The translations under genes were made by a program, and so were the position numbers. The notes beneath the pieces were generated by a model. The model did no database searches. It saw only the letters and a program-made list of their open reading frames with translations, and was not told the DNA's origin. A stretch of DNA of 10,212 nt from Nitrosomonas europaea (lineage in GTDB: Bacteria > Pseudomonadota > Gammaproteobacteria > Burkholderiales > Nitrosomonadaceae). Within the stretch, counting starts at the first letter, position 1; every line of letters starts with the position of its first letter. The DNA lies in assembly GCF_900167395.1 (NCBI RefSeq), contig NZ_FUWK01000059.1, positions 1-10,212 of the forward strand. The letters run 5' to 3'. Below, one piece after another: positions 5,624 to 10,212 of the stretch.

Positions 5624-6172
5624 ATGAAATACTGGTTGTATACGAGTCTATTTCTTGCCCTGATATTTTCGTTTCGGAGTTACGCAAATTCAGACATATG
5701 GATTCTGATAGATACTCTGGAGCAACGACTTAGTGTTATGCGTGGAGACAAGGCGCAATTGGCTTTTAATAATATTGCGATTGGCCGATACGGTGCTAGT
5801 AGCTCGAGAATGAAAGGCGATAACCAGACTCCGCTCGGCTCATTTCAAATTAGCTGGATTAAGCAGCATCATCGCTACTATCGGTTTTTTGGAGTTGATT
5901 TTCCCAATCAGGAAGCGGCAGATCTGGCTTTGGCTGAAAAAAGAATTTCACGACAAGCCTGGTTGAGTATAACCAAAGCCATTGAATCTTCAAGGTTGCC
6001 TCCCCAAGATACGCCGCTTGGGGGCTATATAGGGATTCATGGTATTGGTCGAGGAGATCGTACAGTTCATGCACGTTTCAACTGGACTAATGGATGTGTA
6101 GCTCTGACAAATGCGCAAATTGATGAATTAAGTTCATGGATAAAAATAGGCACGAAAGTTGTAATACGATGA
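5624..6172 (+). CDS. L,D-transpeptidase family protein (YkuD/ErfK domain), secreted
   Basis: The signal peptide is MKYWLYTSLFLALIFSFRSYA|NSD. The catalytic-site pattern matches the YkuD fold: ..GGYIGIHGIG.....NWTNGCVALTNAQIDEL (His...Gly-Cys-[VI]-x-[LM]-x-N). No obvious SD precedes ATG 5624, so the start is less certain than the gene call. Confidence 0.85.
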   Translation: MKYWLYTSLFLALIFSFRSYANSDIWILIDTLEQRLSVMRGDKAQLAFNNIAIGRYGASSSRMKGDNQTPLGSFQISWIKQHHRYYRFFGVDFPNQEAADLALAEKRISRQAWLSITKAIESSRLPPQDTPLGGYIGIHGIGRGDRTVHARFNWTNGCVALTNAQIDELSSWIKIGTKVVIR

Positions 6173-6363
6173 TTCGTAATGACTAATTTTACTACATTAG
6201 GACATTGTCTTTTATATCATGCCTAACTTAATCAAGATTTATATGTTGGGTCAAGAAACTGTTGATGAGCAATACCTGAAAGGATGAGAAACAACCAGTC
6301 TTCATTGAGGTGAATTAACTTAAATAGCAGAGCAGGCTGACTAAGCATCAGGTGGTTTATACC

Positions 6364-6392
6364 TTGACATGTAAATCATAACACCATAAAAT
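6364..6392 (+). promoter_or_regulatory. Candidate sigma70 promoter of the str operon
   Basis: A consensus -35 TTGACA (6364-6369) is separated by exactly 17 nt from the -10 TAAAAT (6387-6392). It sits about 165 nt upstream of the rpsL ATG, in a 385-nt intergenic region. This is predicted from sequence only. Confidence 0.6.
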
Positions 6393-6557
6393 TTGCAGTC
6401 TTTTTAGCTGCGTATCTGTCAAATAGGCAGTGCTGTACTAAGGTACAAGAGCAATTGTAGTAGATAAATTACTGCGCTGAGGTTTGTGCCATAGTAGAGG
6501 CGAATAACAAGGGTTAGCTTAAGGAAATAATTAAACAGATGGGATATTAGGAGCAAA

Positions 6558-6935
6558 ATGCCGACGATCAGTCAATTAGTACGTAAGCCGCGTAAAGCAA
6601 AAAGAACGAAAAGCAAGGTGCCTGCTCTTGAGAGTTGCCCGCAGAAAAGAGGGGTATGTACGCGTGTTTATACTACGACTCCTAAGAAACCAAATTCTGC
6701 CCTCCGGAAAGTGGCTAGGGTCAGGTTAACAAACGGCTATGAGGTAAGTAGTTATATCGGTGGCGAAGGGCATAATTTGCAAGAGCACTCGGTTGTGTTG
6801 ATACGGGGTGGAAGGGTCAAGGATTTGCCGGGTGTTCGCTATCATACGGTTCGTGGTAGTTTGGATACAGCTGGTGTAAAAGATAGAAAACAAGCTCGCT
6901 CAAAATATGGGTCAAAGCGGCCGAAGAGCGCATAG
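6558..6935 (+). CDS. rpsL: 30S ribosomal protein S12
   Basis: The start [13 protein letters not shown].. and the motifs ..[13 protein letters not shown].. and ..[14 protein letters not shown].. are canonical S12. The SD TAGGAG (6548-6553) precedes the ATG. The protein is 125 aa. Confidence 0.98.
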   Translation: MPTISQLVRKPRKAKRTKSKVPALESCPQKRGVCTRVYTTTPKKPNSALRKVARVRLTNGYEVSSYIGGEGHNLQEHSVVLIRGGRVKDLPGVRYHTVRGSLDTAGVKDRKQARSKYGSKRPKSA

Positions 6936-6951
6936 CCACGGTCAGTATATG

Positions 6952-6980
6952 TGCGCAGCTTAGCGCTGCGCATTTTATAT
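6952..6980 (+). promoter_or_regulatory. GC-rich hairpin plus T-run in the rpsL-rpsG intercistronic spacer (candidate S7 operator or attenuator)
   Basis: An 8-bp stem pairs TGCGCAGC (6952-6959) with GCTGCGCA (6965-6972), with loop TTAGC, followed by TTTTATAT (6973-6980). It lies inside the 76-nt rpsL-rpsG spacer. The function is inferred by analogy with S7 autoregulation of the E. coli str operon. Confidence 0.4.
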
Positions 6981-7011
6981 CGTTTAAAAGAGAAATATAG
7001 AGATAAGTAAA

Positions 7012-7482
7012 ATGCCGAGACGAAGAGAAGTGCCGAAAAGAGAAATACTGCCAGATCCCAAATACCATAATATAGAGTTGGCGAAGTTTGTGAATGTGCT
7101 GATGACACGGGGAAAAAAGTCTGTCGCTGAGCAAATTATATATGGTGCTTTAAATCATTTGGAGAAAAAAACGGGAAAGGATCCTGTCGAGGTATTTACA
7201 CAGGCTTTGTCAAACATCAGACCAGTTGTTGAGGTTAAAAGCCGGCGTGTGGGTGGGGCAAACTATCAAGTGCCTGTGGAAGTTAGATCTATTAGGAGAA
7301 GTGCTTTGGCGATGCGTTGGTTGCGAGATGCTGCTCGTAAACGGAGCGAGAAGTCAATGGATTTAAGATTGGCGAGCGAATTGCTGGAAGCTTCGGAAAA
7401 TAGGGGGGCGGCAATCAAGAAGCGTGAAGAAGTGCATAGAATGGCTGAGTCTAATAAAGCATTCTCTCACTTTAGGTTTTGA
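7012..7482 (+). CDS. rpsG: 30S ribosomal protein S7
   Basis: The start [18 protein letters not shown].., the motif ..[20 protein letters not shown].. and the C-terminus ..AFSHFRF are canonical S7. The protein is 156 aa. Confidence 0.98.
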   Translation: MPRRREVPKREILPDPKYHNIELAKFVNVLMTRGKKSVAEQIIYGALNHLEKKTGKDPVEVFTQALSNIRPVVEVKSRRVGGANYQVPVEVRSIRRSALAMRWLRDAARKRSEKSMDLRLASELLEASENRGAAIKKREEVHRMAESNKAFSHFRF

Positions 7483-7554
7483 GGAAATTTTCGCATATGA
7501 GTGCATATGCGTGTAAATGAGTATCTCGACAGTAAAATAAACTAGGAAATAAAA

Positions 7555-9645
7555 GTGGCAAAGAAAACACCGTTAGAGCGATATCGTAATATAGGTATCA
7601 TGGCTCATATCGATGCAGGGAAAACGACAACCAGTGAGCGTATACTGTTTTATACGGGGGTTTCTCATAAGTTGGGAGAGGTGCATGACGGTGCTGCTAC
7701 TATGGATTGGATGGAGCAGGAGCAGGAACGGGGGATTACGATTACATCCGCTGCTACAACGTGCTTTTGGAGGGGGATGGCGGGAAATTATCCTGAGCAT
7801 AGAATCAATGTAATTGATACCCCGGGGCACGTAGACTTTACAATTGAAGTGGAACGCTCGTTGCGTGTGTTGGACGGAGCTTGTACGGTATTTTGTGCAG
7901 TTGGTGGCGTTCAGCCTCAAACGGAAACAGTTTGGCGTCAGGCTAATAAATACGGGGTCCCGAGACTTGCCTTTGTTAATAAGATGGATAGGTCGGGCGC
8001 TAATTTTATGCGTGTTCGTGAGCAAATGATTAGCAGGCTTAAGACAAATCCGGTTCCGATTCAGTTGCCAATCGGTGCTGAGGATGGATTTGCTGGAGTC
8101 ATTGATCTCGTAAAAATGAAGGCTATTTATTGGGATGATGCGAGTCAAGGTACGAAATTCGAGGAGCGTGAAATTCCTGCTTCAATGCAGGCTGATGCGG
8201 CCATCTGGCGAGAAAAAATGGTTGAGTCGGCTGCCGAAGCAAGTGAAGAGTTGATGAACAAATATCTGGAAACGGGTGATTTGTCTATAGAGGATATTAA
8301 ACAAGGGTTGCGCGTAAGAACAATAAATAATGAGATTGTCCCAATGCTTTGTGGGACCGCGTTCAAAAATAAAGGTGTTCAGGCGATGCTTGATGCGGTA
8401 CTTGATTATCTACCGTCGCCACTGGATATTCCGGCAATAAAAGGGACAAATGAAAATGGTGTTGAGGATGAGCGTGAGCCGAGTGAGGATAAGCCATTTT
8501 CTGCGTTGGCATTTAAGATTGCAACCGATCCGTATGTAGGGCAGTTAATTTTCTTTCGCGTGTATTCCGGAACGATTAAATCGGGAGACACGGTATTTAA
8601 TCCGGTTAAGGGGAAAAAAGAAAGAATTGGTAGATTGCTCCAGATGCATGCCAATCAGCGTGAAGAAATCAAGGAGGTTGGAACTGGGGATATTGCTGCT
8701 GCTGTGGGTTTGAAAGAGGTCACGACAGGAGATACTTTGTGTGATCTGGATCACATAATTACACTGGAGCGGATGGATTTCCCGGAACCGGTCATTCATG
8801 TGGCCGTTGAGCCAAAAACTAAGATTGATCAGGAAAAGATGGGGATTGCACTGAATCGCTTGGCACAGGAAGACCCATCTTTTAGAGTTAGAACAGATGA
8901 GGAATCAGGGCAGACGATCATTTCTGGGATGGGTGAACTTCATCTGGAAATCATTGTTGACCGGATGAAGCGAGAATTTGGAGTGGAAGCGAACGTAGGA
9001 GCTCCTCAGGTTGCATATCGTGAAGCAATAAGAAAGCAAGTTGAAATTGAAGGTAAGTTCGTTAAACAAAGTGGTGGTCGCGGCCAGTATGGTCATGTGT
9101 GGCTGCGGATGGAGCCTAACGAGGCGGGTAAGGGGTTCGAATTTCTTGATGAGATTAAAGGTGGTGTTGTTCCGCGAGAATATATTCCAGCCGTTGAAAA
9201 AGGATTGCAGGATTCATTGGCAAATGGTGTTCTTGCCGGATATCCAGTAGTAGATGTGAAAGTTGCTCTGTTTGATGGGTCATATCATGATGTCGATTCT
9301 AATGAGAATGCTTTTAAAATGGCTGCATCTATAGCATTTAAAGATGGTATGAGAAAAGCTAACCCTGTTTTGTTAGAGCCAATGATGGCAGTCGAAGTAG
9401 AGACACCATCCGATTTTATGGGTAATGTAGTGGGCGATTTATCTTCTCGCCGTGGAATAATTCAGGGAATGGATGATATTCCGGGATTCAAGGTAATTCG
9501 TGCAGAGGTGCCGTTAGCTGAAATGTTTGGGTATTCAACGATACTACGCTCTGCTACTCAGGGGAGAGCGACGTATTCAATGGAATTCAAGCATTATTCC
9601 GAAGCACCAAAGAATGTGGCAGAGGCAATCATTAATAAGAAATAA
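7555..9645 (+). CDS. fusA: Translation elongation factor G
   Basis: The gene uses GTG start 7555, 7 nt after AGGAA (7543-7547). The N-terminus [26 protein letters not shown] is typical of EF-G. G-domain motifs are [16 protein letters not shown] and NKMD. The 696-aa protein is colinear with bacterial EF-G throughout. Confidence 0.98.
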   Translation: MAKKTPLERYRNIGIMAHIDAGKTTTSERILFYTGVSHKLGEVHDGAATMDWMEQEQERGITITSAATTCFWRGMAGNYPEHRINVIDTPGHVDFTIEVERSLRVLDGACTVFCAVGGVQPQTETVWRQANKYGVPRLAFVNKMDRSGANFMRVREQMISRLKTNPVPIQLPIGAEDGFAGVIDLVKMKAIYWDDASQGTKFEEREIPASMQADAAIWREKMVESAAEASEELMNKYLETGDLSIEDIKQGLRVRTINNEIVPMLCGTAFKNKGVQAMLDAVLDYLPSPLDIPAIKGTNENGVEDEREPSEDKPFSALAFKIATDPYVGQLIFFRVYSGTIKSGDTVFNPVKGKKERIGRLLQMHANQREEIKEVGTGDIAAAVGLKEVTTGDTLCDLDHIITLERMDFPEPVIHVAVEPKTKIDQEKMGIALNRLAQEDPSFRVRTDEESGQTIISGMGELHLEIIVDRMKREFGVEANVGAPQVAYREAIRKQVEIEGKFVKQSGGRGQYGHVWLRMEPNEAGKGFEFLDEIKGGVVPREYIPAVEKGLQDSLANGVLAGYPVVDVKVALFDGSYHDVDSNENAFKMAASIAFKDGMRKANPVLLEPMMAVEVETPSDFMGNVVGDLSSRRGIIQGMDDIPGFKVIRAEVPLAEMFGYSTILRSATQGRATYSMEFKHYSEAPKNVAEAIINKK

Positions 9646-9675
9646 TACTACTCAAATCAATAAGAGGTTGACGTA

Positions 9676-10212
9676 ATGGCGAAGAGTAAATTTGAGCGGG
9701 TGAAGCCGCATGTGAATGTGGGAACGATTGGTCATGTGGATCATGGAAAGACGACGTTGACGGCGGCGATTACGACGATACTGACGAAGAAGTTTGGTGG
9801 AGAAGCCAAATCATACGATCAGATTGACTCGGCGCCGGAAGAACGTGCACGCGGAATTACTATCAATACATCCCACGTTGAATACGAAACAGACAAGCGC
9901 CATTACGCACACGTAGACTGTCCTGGTCATGCTGACTATGTGAAGAATATGATTACCGGAGCGGCACAAATGGATGGTGCCATTCTGGTGGTATCAGCAG
10001 CTGATGGTCCGATGCCGCAAACGCGTGAGCATATTTTGCTGGCTCGGCAAGTGGGGGTGCCCTACATCATCGTTTTCATGAACAAAGCGGACATGGTAGA
10101 CGATGCTGAATTGCTTGAACTTGTCGAAATGGAGATACGCGAACTATTGTCCAACTATGATTTTCCGGGTGACGACACACCTATTATCATTGGTTCGGCA
10201 TTGAAAGCGCTG
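9676..10212 (+). CDS. tuf: Translation elongation factor Tu, N-terminal 179 codons (3' end lies outside the window)
   Basis: This gene is not in the ORF track because it has no stop codon in the window. ATG 9676 lies 8 nt after AAGAGG (9662-9667). The translation is [33 protein letters not shown]...[63 protein letters not shown].. and is nearly identical in pattern to betaproteobacterial EF-Tu. The frame is open to nt 10212. Confidence 0.97.
   Translation, partial: MAKSKFERVKPHVNVGTIGHVDHGKTTLTAAITTILTKKFGGEAKSYDQIDSAPEERARGITINTSHVEYETDKRHYAHVDCPGHADYVKNMITGAAQMDGAILVVSAADGPMPQTREHILLARQVGVPYIIVFMNKADMVDDAELLELVEMEIRELLSNYDFPGDDTPIIIGSALKAL

Noticed and set aside
1610-6074. Other short shadow ORFs: 1610-1864 (-), 2450-2716 (-), 3958-4146 (+, out of frame in copD) and 5859-6074 (-)
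   Set aside because: Each lies wholly inside a longer, motif-supported + strand CDS and has no recognisable features.
6558-6935. Possible streptomycin-resistance alleles in rpsL
   Set aside because: The classical hotspot lysines are in wild-type form (TTPKKPNSA and [10 protein letters not shown]), so there is no sign of a resistance mutation.
6817-7134. Two minus-strand ORFs (6817-7134 and 6842-7108) spanning the rpsL/rpsG junction
   Set aside because: They are antisense to S12 and S7 and are low-complexity translations with no signals.
7573-9250. Multiple ORFs inside fusA: minus strand 7573-8148, 8145-8366, 8406-8654, 8545-8799 and 8905-9096; out-of-frame plus strand 7613-7813, 7844-8029 and 9041-9250
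   Set aside because: All are embedded in the unambiguous EF-G reading frame and have no motifs of their own. Overlapping genes in a universally conserved translation factor gene are not credible without further evidence.
10081-10095. EF-Tu G4 motif reads NKAD instead of the common NKCD
   Set aside because: The x position of NKxD is variable and not functionally diagnostic.
1-10212. Search for a defence system, toxin-antitoxin pair, CRISPR array, IS element, integrase or phage remnant
   Set aside because: I found no direct-repeat arrays, no terminal inverted repeats, and no transposase, integrase, nuclease or ATPase-like ORFs. Every ORF over 100 aa that is not an antisense or out-of-frame shadow of a longer CDS is accounted for by AMO/copper-handling, cell-wall or translation genes.

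Overview
All credible genes in this window are on the + strand. EF-Tu and EF-G are betaproteobacterial in type, and the gene order amoB, two tandem amoD-like genes, copC, copD points to a Nitrosomonas-like ammonia oxidiser. GC content by eye is in the low to mid 40s percent.

The 5' half holds:
- the 3' end of amoB, followed by a strong intrinsic terminator;
- the tandem paralogs amoE/amoD (orf4/orf5, PmoD family);
- a copC with only the Cu(II) site;
- a 715-aa three-domain CopD fusion, made of a polytopic CopD permease, a class I c-type cytochrome (CxxCH) and a cysteine-less thioredoxin-fold domain;
- a secreted protein with an acidic, histidine-rich tail, followed by a second strong terminator.

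The 3' half holds a YkuD-type L,D-transpeptidase, a near-consensus sigma70 promoter, and the str operon (rpsL, rpsG, fusA and the 5' part of tuf, which runs off the window).

I see no rRNA or tRNA genes, CRISPR arrays, IS or transposon ends, integrases, or any recognisable defence or toxin system.

The best candidate for under-described biology is the terminator-bounded periplasmic copper-handling module, amoE-amoD-copC-copD(fusion)-His-rich ORF, at about 570-5296. All four of its signal-peptide proteins are predicted to mature with an N-terminal histidine. All functional calls come from reading the translations and motifs from memory. No database search was run.
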